A stretch of DNA of 64,000 bases. Origin: Bacteroidales bacterium UBA1195. Its GTDB lineage: Bacteria > Bacteroidota > Bacteroidia > Bacteroidales > WCHB1-69. Positions within the stretch are counted from its first letter, which is position 1, and the number at the start of each line of letters is the position of its first letter. The notes beneath the pieces were generated by a model, which ran no database searches, was not told the origin of the DNA, and saw only the letters and a program-made list of their open reading frames with translations. The stretch spans positions 10,521-74,520 of the forward strand of contig DBYD01000029.1 in the NCBI GenBank assembly GCA_002309855.1, given 5' to 3'. Positions 36,347 through 45,367 of the stretch are shown in pieces. The position numbers and the translations under genes were made by a program.

Positions 36347-36354
36347 CAAATATA
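36347..36354 (-). promoter_or_regulatory. Candidate -7 promoter box (TATATTTG on the minus strand) of paralog A
   Basis: TAnnTTTG match 44 nt upstream of the ATG. The identical sequence context GCAAATATA recurs upstream of B and C. Confidence 0.5.
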
Positions 36355-36394
36355 CTAAAAAAAAAAAGACGGAATGAAAACCCCGTCTTTTTTA
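36355..36394 (-). terminator. Candidate rho-independent terminator of paralog B
   Basis: On the minus strand the stem AGACGG / CCGTCT is followed by a T12 run, located between the B stop and the A promoter. Confidence 0.5.
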
Positions 36395-36439
36395 TGTCAT
36401 ATATCATTTTATTGGCAACGCATACCGTAGGGCTGCGTT

Positions 36440-39400
36440 TTACCGTACAATGTTCATTTTCCTGACCTGTTGCCGGCCGTTGTATTCCATGCGGTAGTAG
36501 TATAGGCCGTCGGCCCATCCCTCGGTGCTGATGCTGACGGTGTTCTCGCCAGCCTGCGCCTGGATGCGCCTGCGGTGAACCAGCTGCCCGTTGGCGGAGA
36601 GCACGGATATTGTCACCTCGCCACCCTGCGGTAGCGTGAACGGTATGGCGGTCATGTTGGAGGCGGGGTTGGGTATGTTCTGCCCAAGCCGCCAGTCCAT
36701 ACGTTTTGCAATGCGGATGCCGGTGGTGTCAACATTGTTGGTGTCGGTTCCGGTGGTGTCCGGCACGTTGACCTTTCCGGTGAGGGCTATGCTGTTGTCA
36801 CCGGTGGCGGCGTCGCATGGGAGCAGCGCCTCCAGCCTGAAGCCGAAGGTGGGGTTCTCCTTGGTTGCGGATGGCACCACGAAGGGCTGTGAGAGCTGTT
36901 GTGTCACGGAGTCGCCGGCCTTGATGTGCGTGCGCAGTGTGTCCGCGAGCAGGGCCTGCCCGTTGGCGTACATGCGCAGGACCACCCTGTCCACCGGTAC
37001 GGTGCCTTTGTTTTTGACCGTGGCTTTGATCTGCAGTTGGTCATTACCGCTGTACAGTGTCGAGCTGTCGATGCCGCTGACAGCCGCCAGCGCGATGTTC
37101 TGGTTTATGGTGATGGCGCCGCGTGCGGTGTCGTTGGTGGGGTCGTCGTCGATAGTGTGCAGGACGGCCTCAAACTTGTGGGTCCCCTCTGCGGAGAGGT
37201 CGAGCGAGTCAGTTACAAGCAGGGTGTCGGAGGCGTTGCCCGGCAGGAATCCCTGGCACAGCCGCCTGAACAGCTGGTTCGAGGCGCCGCTTACGTTCAC
37301 GCTGAGATAGCAGCTTACGGTAGCCTCGGAGGGGATGAGGTTTTTGAGAACCACCCTGACCGGGAGGTTCTGCAGGCTGCAGGCTGAGAGCTTGTCCAAA
37401 TCGGGGAGCAGCAGCTGGATGGAGATGTCGTTGCGGCCCGATATCAGGATGCGGTCGATCTGCTGTTCGGCGCCTCCCGCGACGGTCTCCATCACGATGC
37501 AGAGGCATTGTGCGTTGCTGAATTTGTCCAACGGGTATTCGTAGAGCTTCCATCCTGCGGTTGCCGCGGCGGCGCAGAGCCGTCCGAGGACGGTGTAGGT
37601 GGCCCCGCCATCGGTTGTGGCCTTTATGATGAGCGAGTCACCCTGGTTATTGCCGTTGTGGTGCGCGTACCAGAGGCTCAGCTTCGGTTCGGTGGTGTTC
37701 TGTATGTTGATGGAATTGAGGATGATGTTGGTGCGGTCGCCGGTGTGCCCCCTGCCATCAAAGAGCAGGCATCCCTTGCCGAAGGCGGGCTGCAGGGAAC
37801 CGGATGAGGCCACCTTCCAGAGGCTGCCGCCCTTGCGGCACTCCTGCAGCAGCTCCTGCGGCATGGCGGAGAGGTATGTGTCGAAGGGGAGGTACACACG
37901 GTAGGTGTTGTAGTCCATGGAGATGGTGTCGTTGGCCGGGTTGTGGTCTGCGGTGTCGGAGAGTATGACCCTGATGTGTTGGATGGCTGAAATGGTGCTG
38001 ATCCGGAGCAGTCGGAACCTGCCGCTCTGTGCGGGGTCGAGCTTGCCCTGCCGGATGATGGTGTCCTTTAAGATGGAGTTAAGAGGGATGCCGGTGACCT
38101 CAATCCTCACCTTCAGCGGTGACTTGGCGAAATCCGCCGCGATGTTGCCGATGTTGGAGATGGTCACCTCGATGTCGGTGAAGTCACCGTGGCAGGCGAC
38201 GGCTGATGTCGGGTCTGGGTTCACGAAGGCCACTGCTGCGAGGTCGGCCTCCAGCTTAAGGTTCCCGCTGTAGCAGCCCATGGTGGTGACGGTGTTGCGC
38301 GCCTTGCCGAGGATGTCCCTTGTGACGTTGTTGAGGCGGTTGCAGGCGAAGGCACTGTAGTCCTTAAGTTCGAGGCTTGTGGCCTGCTGCGCGAACTGCG
38401 GCTGCACGGCCACGGAGTGCGCGTCCTGCCCAGTGTTGCTCCTCCAGTCCGCCAATGTGGCTATGGCCTTGCCGAAGTATCCCACCATGTTCTGGGCGAA
38501 GTAGTTGTTGTAGTCGAGCACATAGTAGCTGGATATGGACATGGGCACCTTCTCAATGTATATGGGATATGCGGTGGCACCCTCCGCCACCAGCAGGTTG
38601 TTGAGGAGGTTGAAGGGCTGCTTGCCGCTGTTGTTGTAGAGCCGGACGGCGTAGGCGTTGCCCTTGTCACACCTCACGAGGACGCTGTTGTGTGCGATGT
38701 CCCACTCCTGGTATGGGTCGGTGAGTGTGATGCCGTATGCGAACTTGGTGCCGGTGAGGGTTATCTCGGAGTTGGAGAGCAGCCCCTTCGCGCTGGTGTT
38801 TATTGATGTCGAGAGGACGATGCCGTACACCCCTGTCGCCTCGGCGCGGACGCGGTTTGCGTCAAGGGCGTCGATGTCGTTGTAGGAGTGGAACCAGAGG
38901 CCGCAGTACTCGTCGGCGCCCTTGCGCCCGGTCACGTCGTTGGCGCGGACGCTCTTGTAGTGGGCGTAGCTTTCGCTGTAGAGGCCGTATGCGGCGGCCT
39001 CCTTCATTATGTTGCTGTCGATGGTGAGCGATGCGGACGGCATGTTGGTTGTGGAGCCTGCCATGCACGCCATGTGGATGTTGTATGCGCCGCCCTCAAT
39101 CCTGTTGCCGATGAGGCGGACCTCCTGCATGAACAGGGTGCTGCCGGTGGGGTTGTTGTACCTGACTGCGGCTTCTGTCTTGACAGCGGTGTTGGAGGCC
39201 TGTATGTCGCAGTTGCGGATGAGAATGTTGCGGACCATCCCCTCGAAGGCAACGCCGCAATCGGCCTTGGATGTGTTGCCGAAGGCGACCCCGTCGAAGA
39301 TCCAGTGCATGGCGTTCTTGAGTGTCGCTCCGTTGGTGCCGTTGTCGAAACGGACGGTTGCACCCTTGTCGGCGGTGATGCGGATTGTGCTGGCTGCGCT

Positions 39401-42400
39401 TGAACCCGGCACGGAGTCGGCGATGGAGAGGGCGGAATACTGCCCTGCGCGGAAGACGAGCGTGACCGCTCCTCCGATGCCGCAGTGCGTCATGATGGTG
39501 TAGGCTTCGTCAAAGGAGGCGAAGTCGGGGCTGGTTCCGCCGACGGTGTAGGAGCCCTTCATGGGGCTGCCGCAGATGAACTCCTGCATCCGGATGGTGT
39601 CGTTGTTTGGGTTGGGGTCCTTGTCCTGGTTGGGCTGGTACACCCATGCGATGATGCTTATCTGCTTGCCGCCCGGGGCGTTCACGCTGCCGAGTGTGAC
39701 TGTGTCGCTGCTGCCGGAGGTGAGCAGCCCGCTCCAGCTCTTCGGGGTCTGTGCGGTCCCGTTCACGCTCCATCCGATTACTGCTGACTTCAGGTCATCG
39801 TCGCCGAGGTTGGTGAGCGTCACCTTGACGGGGCTGCTCTGCCCGCCCACGAGCTGTGTGCCAGCGAACTCGCCCAACGAGGCGTCCAGTTTGCCCAGCT
39901 TGCCCGCGTAGGCGCCGATAGCGGTAATTTTCTTTCTGGCAGAATCCTCAAAGTCGTTTGTGATTCCGGGATTCGGCACCATGAAAAGGGTGTAGTCCTT
40001 CAACTGCAGCCCCTTGGTCGGGTCAGCAAATCCGGGATCGGCCGAGATGCTGCCTTTGTCATTGATGAGCGGCTGCAGGGCGGCAAGCGAGGTGACTGCG
40101 TTGCCGTTGTAATAGGCTATGGTCTTGCCGCCGTTTGCGAAATAAAAGTTGTTGTGTTCGGAAACAACCTTTCCGGCGGCTGCGGTGGCCGCGGCCACAT
40201 TCAGCGTGTGCTGGTTCTTGTCATCAAAGGCGATGAGCTGGTTGCCCACCATGTGTATGTCGCTGGTGTCATTGATGCCCATCACATAAACCGTCTTGTT
40301 GTTGTTCCCGCTGGTAGGTGCGGCGGAGGTGCGCCCGTTGTAGACGCTGTTGAAGAAGACATCGGCCTGCGCCTTTGAGACCGTGAGCAGGTTGCTTGAC
40401 CCGGCGTTGTTACGCACGTATGAGCTGTTGCTGTAGCCGAGGATGACGTTGTTGGCGATGAGTATGCGCCCCGACTTGCCGCTCCCAGTCGGTTTGCCGG
40501 ATGTGCCGGAGACGGAAATTCCCGGCCCGCCGTAGGTGGTGCCCTGGTTCAGGAATGAGATGAAGTTGCCGCATACGCTGTCGCCCGTGATGACGGAGAG
40601 CTGGATGCCGGGCGACCAGTAGGAGCTGGTCTTGTCCTTCACCCAGACGCGGTTGCGGTTGCAGGTGACACTGTCCGCGCGATAGACCATGATACCTGCG
40701 GCGGTGTTGTCGGTGATGGTGTTGTCGTTGAAGACCAGCCGGTGCAGCCGGTGTGTTGTGGCCATGGTGATGACATTGCGGCAGCCGTTGTCGATGTGGT
40801 TGCCGATGAAGCGCAGGTCGCGCACGAAGGCGTTAAGGCCGTTGTTGCCGTTGTCGTTCGCCTGTGCGGTGGTGGCGTTCAGGGTGGTGGATCCGATGGT
40901 CATCTGGTATCCGCTGGTGGCGAAGCCGGTGCCGTTGGTCCGTCTCAGCACGCAGTGGTAGAAGGTCACATTGTCGATCGGGCCGTTAAGGCAGACGGTG
41001 TTGCTGTTTGATGTGCTGCTGTTATGTATGGTCAGGTAACTGAATGTGACATTCTCGGTGTTGTTTAGGGTGATCATCCCTGGGGCGGTAATGGAGGCCT
41101 TGTAGCTGATTGTCACGCTGTCGCGGTTCTTGGATTTGGAGGTGAAGGTCAGGTGGTGGCCGTTCATGAAGGCGGTGTTAAGCCGCAGTACCGAATCGAT
41201 TATATATGTGCCGTTCTCAAATTCTATGGTGATGTCGCCGCCCGCGCCGCAGGCGTAGATTCCATCCATCGCCTCCTTCAGCGTCTTGTACTGGCTGTTC
41301 GGGCCGACGGCGAAGGTGCCGGATGAGGCTTTGGCGCAGCCGAGCGAAATCCGCTGCAGCGTATCGTCATTGACCGCCTTGTCCGCCACATTGTTTGGCA
41401 TCTTTATCCATACGGTCACCGTGTCGTAGTCGTTCACGCGGTGGATATAGCTTCCGAGCGTTATTGTGTCGATGAAGTCGCAGGGCAGGTTGCCGGTATA
41501 TTTTTTCGAGCCCTGGTACACGCCGTTGAGCGACCAGTGCAGCTCCGCCGATTTCAAATTGTTCAGCCCCTTGTTCTTGAAGCTCACCTGCACGCTCTGC
41601 GGGTTGGTGATCGAGACCCGCCCCGGCTTGTCAATCGAATACATGGCGACGGAGTTGCTGTCGAAGCCGCCAGGGTATTTCACGTAGAATCCGGCGTTGG
41701 CCTTGGCATTGTTGCCGAAGGTGTCGCGTCCGATGATATAGTACTGGACGCTTGTGCCGAAATACTGCTGCGGGATGGTGGCCGTCCACATCGAGTCGCC
41801 CGCCGTGGCCTTCATCTTGATTGAGTCATGCTTGCTTTTGCCGCTGTAAAGCGTGACTGTGTGCAGGTATGGCGTAAGGATGTGCCCGTTGGTTCTTGTG
41901 GCAACCTTTGCGTTTACAACGATGGGTCCCGTAGTGAACATCGTGTCGGCGATGTTGGAGGTGAATGCCACCACCGGCGGCTGTATGGCGTGCGCGGCGC
42001 AGAGCAGCTGCACATCGTCCACGTACCATCCGGCTGCGATGAATGAGCCCGGGTAGCTTCCCTTCCTGATCACGAATTTGAAGCGCACTTCCGAGTAGCC
42101 CGCATAGTTGCTCATGTCGAAAATCTCCTCCTTCCACCATCCGCTGGCAGGCTGTGCGAAGGTGTCGTTAGCCTTCCATTCAGTGTAGGAGCCATGGTCG
42201 AAGGCGAGGTTGGCCTTGTAGCCGGTGAACTTGCCCTTGTATGCATCGTTGGGTATCGGCCTCCATTTGTAGTTGACACCCAATCCCTTCTCCTGATACA
42301 TGATCTGGCAGATGTCGCTGGGAAGCACTTTGCATATATGGCTGAATTTAAGAATCACATATTCATATTGCTGGCAGTCGAAGTAGGGAGTTATGAGTTC

Positions 42401-42646
42401 CGCCGTGTCGCCGCTTGCGTATGGGACGTAGCCGTGCGCCGCGTATGATGCGGAGACCACCAGCCCCTTTTCAGTGCGCCAAGTGGGAGCCTGGGCGGAA
42501 TAGGCCGGCTGCACCGACCAGCCCTGCGGGGTGTTCTTGCCGAAGGTCTCGTTGCAGACGTAGGTGCCCTGTGCCTGCGCAGTCATTATGGCTGTGGTGA
42601 GCATCATCGGCAAAACGGCTTTTCTGAATATGTCTAAAATGTTCAT
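36440..42646 (-). CDS. Giant T9SS cargo protein, paralog B (2068 aa from the ATG at 42646), a tandem duplicate of A with a different first beta-helix cassette
   Basis: It has the same signal peptide and module order as A, and C-terminus ...GLYYYRMEYNGRQQVRKMNIVR. The track ORF extension to 42763 runs through the promoter and is rejected. Confidence 0.9.
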   Translation of the reverse strand: MNILDIFRKAVLPMMLTTAIMTAQAQGTYVCNETFGKNTPQGWSVQPAYSAQAPTWRTEKGLVVSASYAAHGYVPYASGDTAELITPYFDCQQYEYVILKFSHICKVLPSDICQIMYQEKGLGVNYKWRPIPNDAYKGKFTGYKANLAFDHGSYTEWKANDTFAQPASGWWKEEIFDMSNYAGYSEVRFKFVIRKGSYPGSFIAAGWYVDDVQLLCAAHAIQPPVVAFTSNIADTMFTTGPIVVNAKVATRTNGHILTPYLHTVTLYSGKSKHDSIKMKATAGDSMWTATIPQQYFGTSVQYYIIGRDTFGNNAKANAGFYVKYPGGFDSNSVAMYSIDKPGRVSITNPQSVQVSFKNKGLNNLKSAELHWSLNGVYQGSKKYTGNLPCDFIDTITLGSYIHRVNDYDTVTVWIKMPNNVADKAVNDDTLQRISLGCAKASSGTFAVGPNSQYKTLKEAMDGIYACGAGGDITIEFENGTYIIDSVLRLNTAFMNGHHLTFTSKSKNRDSVTISYKASITAPGMITLNNTENVTFSYLTIHNSSTSNSNTVCLNGPIDNVTFYHCVLRRTNGTGFATSGYQMTIGSTTLNATTAQANDNGNNGLNAFVRDLRFIGNHIDNGCRNVITMATTHRLHRLVFNDNTITDNTAAGIMVYRADSVTCNRNRVWVKDKTSSYWSPGIQLSVITGDSVCGNFISFLNQGTTYGGPGISVSGTSGKPTGSGKSGRILIANNVILGYSNSSYVRNNAGSSNLLTVSKAQADVFFNSVYNGRTSAAPTSGNNNKTVYVMGINDTSDIHMVGNQLIAFDDKNQHTLNVAAATAAAGKVVSEHNNFYFANGGKTIAYYNGNAVTSLAALQPLINDKGSISADPGFADPTKGLQLKDYTLFMVPNPGITNDFEDSARKKITAIGAYAGKLGKLDASLGEFAGTQLVGGQSSPVKVTLTNLGDDDLKSAVIGWSVNGTAQTPKSWSGLLTSGSSDTVTLGSVNAPGGKQISIIAWVYQPNQDKDPNPNNDTIRMQEFICGSPMKGSYTVGGTSPDFASFDEAYTIMTHCGIGGAVTLVFRAGQYSALSIADSVPGSSAASTIRITADKGATVRFDNGTNGATLKNAMHWIFDGVAFGNTSKADCGVAFEGMVRNILIRNCDIQASNTAVKTEAAVRYNNPTGSTLFMQEVRLIGNRIEGGAYNIHMACMAGSTTNMPSASLTIDSNIMKEAAAYGLYSESYAHYKSVRANDVTGRKGADEYCGLWFHSYNDIDALDANRVRAEATGVYGIVLSTSINTSAKGLLSNSEITLTGTKFAYGITLTDPYQEWDIAHNSVLVRCDKGNAYAVRLYNNSGKQPFNLLNNLLVAEGATAYPIYIEKVPMSISSYYVLDYNNYFAQNMVGYFGKAIATLADWRSNTGQDAHSVAVQPQFAQQATSLELKDYSAFACNRLNNVTRDILGKARNTVTTMGCYSGNLKLEADLAAVAFVNPDPTSAVACHGDFTDIEVTISNIGNIAADFAKSPLKVRIEVTGIPLNSILKDTIIRQGKLDPAQSGRFRLLRISTISAIQHIRVILSDTADHNPANDTISMDYNTYRVYLPFDTYLSAMPQELLQECRKGGSLWKVASSGSLQPAFGKGCLLFDGRGHTGDRTNIILNSINIQNTTEPKLSLWYAHHNGNNQGDSLIIKATTDGGATYTVLGRLCAAAATAGWKLYEYPLDKFSNAQCLCIVMETVAGGAEQQIDRILISGRNDISIQLLLPDLDKLSACSLQNLPVRVVLKNLIPSEATVSCYLSVNVSGASNQLFRRLCQGFLPGNASDTLLVTDSLDLSAEGTHKFEAVLHTIDDDPTNDTARGAITINQNIALAAVSGIDSSTLYSGNDQLQIKATVKNKGTVPVDRVVLRMYANGQALLADTLRTHIKAGDSVTQQLSQPFVVPSATKENPTFGFRLEALLPCDAATGDNSIALTGKVNVPDTTGTDTNNVDTTGIRIAKRMDWRLGQNIPNPASNMTAIPFTLPQGGEVTISVLSANGQLVHRRRIQAQAGENTVSISTEGWADGLYYYRMEYNGRQQVRKMNIVR

Positions 42647-42689
42647 AATGATAATTTTAAATATTAATCCCAAATTTAAAACGAATTTG

Positions 42690-42697
42690 CAAATATA
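42690..42697 (-). promoter_or_regulatory. Candidate -7 promoter box (TATATTTG on the minus strand) of paralog B
   Basis: A duplicate of the paralog A promoter context. Confidence 0.5.
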
Positions 42698-42815
42698 CGA
42701 AAAAAAAAGACTGGATGAAAACTCCGCCTTTTTTATATCTTTTTCGCTGACATTTTGGTACAATAAAAGCTTTTATGGCACCGTTTTTGGCAGGTGCATC
42801 TGAAAAACTGTTACG

Positions 42816-43271
42816 ATGAAACATTTTTTTCTCCTTCTTTGTATGGCGGCGGCAGGCATCCATGCAGCAGCCCAACAGCCGTTGAACGGAAGCGCTGACA
42901 ATATTGTGGGCAACTATATCGGACGGCAGAACGGCGACTGTTTCAAGGTGCGTGTCACGCGGCTGGCGGACGGCACCTATAGGGCGCAGGTGTATTGGGT
43001 GGAACGGGATTGTGACGAATCAGGCCGGAAAATCCTTGACAGCAAAAATCCGGACAGAAGCCTCCGGCAGACACCCTATGACCAGATTGTGCTTTTCAAT
43101 GGATTGAAATACAATGCAAAGGACAAATGCTGGGACGGCACCAAAATTTATGACCCACAGCGCGGCATCCGCGCGAACATGCGTGCCGATTTCACCCCGA
43201 AGGGGAACCTGCGCATCAGAGGGTCGCTGTTAGGCATCAGCGAAACAATCTATTGGCAGCGTATACCGTAG
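42816..43271 (+). CDS. DUF2147-domain secreted protein
   Basis: Signal peptide MKHFFLLLCMAAAGIHAAAQ. Characteristic segments DSKNPD..LR, DGTKIYDPQRG and LRIRGSLLGISETIYWQR. Confidence 0.85.
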   Translation: MKHFFLLLCMAAAGIHAAAQQPLNGSADNIVGNYIGRQNGDCFKVRVTRLADGTYRAQVYWVERDCDESGRKILDSKNPDRSLRQTPYDQIVLFNGLKYNAKDKCWDGTKIYDPQRGIRANMRADFTPKGNLRIRGSLLGISETIYWQRIP

Positions 43272-43287
43272 GGTTGCATGACAAATC

Positions 43288-43317
43288 TGTAGAGACGCAA
43301 AATTTTGCGTCTCTACA
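43288..43317. repeat. Perfect 30-nt REP-like palindrome TGTAGAGACGCAAAA|TTTTGCGTCTCTACA, probably also a bidirectional terminator
   Basis: Read directly from the sequence. It lies between the convergent DUF2147 and LRR genes and overlaps the LRR stop codon (43313-43315). Confidence 0.85.
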
Positions 43318-45295
43318 ATTTAATGAATTTCCAGCATCTGCCTTCCAACCTCAACATATAGACACCTTTGGCCAGAACGTCCACGCGGATTCCTTCGGTG
43401 GTGTTGTAGTTCCCCTGCATCATTATACGTCCGGTCACATCCGACACCATATAAGGCATGTTTGCGTAACGTTCGCCGTTGGTGAGGAATAGGGAATGCG
43501 TGACAGGATTGGGATAAAGCGCAGGATTATGTGTTCGGATGACACCCACACCGGAGGAATCAACACCTGTTGAATCCGGAACACGGGTGTAGCAGTTGGT
43601 GGGGGAGGTCTCCCCTTTACAGCCATGCAGGTAAGGAATGAAATTGTAGCAATACTGGACACCGGTTTCCACAGCGGTATCCCTGTAATAGGGTTCTTTC
43701 ACCATCGCCACATGACTGCCTTCGCGCAGCACCTCATATTCATCTCCGTTGCCATCCCATGTCCATTCAAAGGCGGAGCCGTCATCGTTCACACGGATGG
43801 AGGTGTCCGCCACCTTTGATTTGTAAATATGCCTGACATAATAGATGACCAGCGTGTCGCAGTGGAGGCTGTCCACAGCAGGTTTGGCCACTGTGTAGAC
43901 GCCAGGCTGGTCTGGGATGAAACCGTACATGGCCTGTATCTGATAGTCGCACATTGAATCCAGCACCACCTCCACCATATCCATTTCGCGGATGTTGGGG
44001 TAGAGATAACGCCATCCCAAATTTTTTTTGTAGGCCTCCAAACTTCCGCACGGCACATAGACCTGGATCCCAGTATAAGGTTTGTTCCTTGCAGTATCCT
44101 TTGCGGTCATCTCAGATGAGGTTGACGAGTAGATGCGGGGAGGTGTTTTTGACTTTAAAATCAATTCCCCTTTTATTTCTTCCCAATCCGAGGTGCTTCC
44201 TATCATATATGACCAGGCTGACATAGATAGGGATTTAAGGTTTTCAGGCAAAACAAGTGAAAAATAGTGCGGACGTCCCCTAAGCCACATCCCCACATCT
44301 GAAGCATTGCCAAAAACATTATGATTTATGTTCTCCAAACATTTGGGCAAGATGATGCTGCGCATCGTTTTGTTGAACAGTGAAGCGTTTATCCATGTGT
44401 GTATACGGCTGGCGGACAAATCCAGATAATGAAGGGAGGTGTCTGCCCTAAAGGCTTGTCCGATGCTGTCCACCGCACCCAGAAAATCCATGGAGGAGAG
44501 GTTGGGACAACAGCTGAAACCACTGATTGTCCTTATAGTGGCTGGAAAGCTGGCTGTTTCCAATCCGGTTTCAGTAAAACCGACTACATATTCAAGCGTA
44601 TTGGGAAACTGTATGTTTCTCAAAGAATAGCAGCTATAAAAACTTGAGTTTGTAATGGAATCCAACCCCTCTGGCAGTATCACCTCGCTCAAATTCGGAC
44701 AATAACGGAAACTTCTTTCTATTTTGTTGAGCGATGGGGGACAGACAAAACGCCGGATGCCGGAGTAACTGAAAGCCTGTTCTCCCAAATGGCTGACCAA
44801 GCCACCCATCTCCACTTCCTCCAAATCTGCGGACTGGAAGCAATAGTTTCCGATATGGCGGACGGAATCGGGCAGCTTGAGTTTTTTCAGTCCGCTGCAT
44901 GATGTGAAATTATAGTCTCCGACACTTTCAATGCCTTCTGGTAGGGAAACGGATGTAAGCGAAATATTGTTAAATGTATATGCCGCAACTGCTGTGATCC
45001 GATATTCAACCGACTGCCAGACCACCTTGTCCGGAACATTCAGATTTCCATGATACATGTTACGTTTGGTCGGTTTTAATTTGTACCAGATCAAATAGGA
45101 GGAATCTGTTTGGCCGGTTGCGGAGTCGCATCGGAAGCTCACCGCCACGGTCTGCGGGGAGGTGATAAGGTAATAAATCGTGTCCCCACTGGTGTTTACG
45201 GCGGAAAAATCAAAGGTGTGTGGAGCAGGCCTTTGGGCAAACAGCGTCATGCCCACCACCATCATTATGGCTGAAAAGAAGAATTTGGCTTTCAT
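43313..45295 (-). CDS. BspA-type leucine-rich-repeat protein with a T9SS type-A CTD
   Basis: Signal peptide. LRR_5-like repeats (LPEGIESVGDYNFTSCSGLKKLKLPDSVRHIGNYCF...). C-terminus LYPNPVTHSLFL...GVYMLRLEGRCWKFIKL. Confidence 0.8.
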   Translation of the reverse strand: MKAKFFFSAIMMVVGMTLFAQRPAPHTFDFSAVNTSGDTIYYLITSPQTVAVSFRCDSATGQTDSSYLIWYKLKPTKRNMYHGNLNVPDKVVWQSVEYRITAVAAYTFNNISLTSVSLPEGIESVGDYNFTSCSGLKKLKLPDSVRHIGNYCFQSADLEEVEMGGLVSHLGEQAFSYSGIRRFVCPPSLNKIERSFRYCPNLSEVILPEGLDSITNSSFYSCYSLRNIQFPNTLEYVVGFTETGLETASFPATIRTISGFSCCPNLSSMDFLGAVDSIGQAFRADTSLHYLDLSASRIHTWINASLFNKTMRSIILPKCLENINHNVFGNASDVGMWLRGRPHYFSLVLPENLKSLSMSAWSYMIGSTSDWEEIKGELILKSKTPPRIYSSTSSEMTAKDTARNKPYTGIQVYVPCGSLEAYKKNLGWRYLYPNIREMDMVEVVLDSMCDYQIQAMYGFIPDQPGVYTVAKPAVDSLHCDTLVIYYVRHIYKSKVADTSIRVNDDGSAFEWTWDGNGDEYEVLREGSHVAMVKEPYYRDTAVETGVQYCYNFIPYLHGCKGETSPTNCYTRVPDSTGVDSSGVGVIRTHNPALYPNPVTHSLFLTNGERYANMPYMVSDVTGRIMMQGNYNTTEGIRVDVLAKGVYMLRLEGRCWKFIKL

Positions 45296-45367
45296 ATATT
45301 ACATTTTTAGGTGACCTCTATTTTTTACTTATTTCCCCATTCTCATTTTGTTCTGGTTTTTAATTAT

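Noticed and set aside
42647-42763. N-terminal extension of paralog B in the ORF track (MYQNVSEKDIKK...), and the 9-codon TTG extension of A (36304..36330).
   Set aside because: The extension runs through the duplicated promoter/5' UTR that is non-coding upstream of A. Both proteins share the signal peptide starting at MNILDIFRK, and that ATG is taken as the start.
30181-42763. A diversity-generating retroelement (template/variable repeat pair) as the explanation for the near-identical blocks in A and B.
   Set aside because: There is no reverse-transcriptase ORF in the window. The substitutions between the near-identical blocks involve all four bases rather than being adenine-specific, and the blocks are kilobase-sized.
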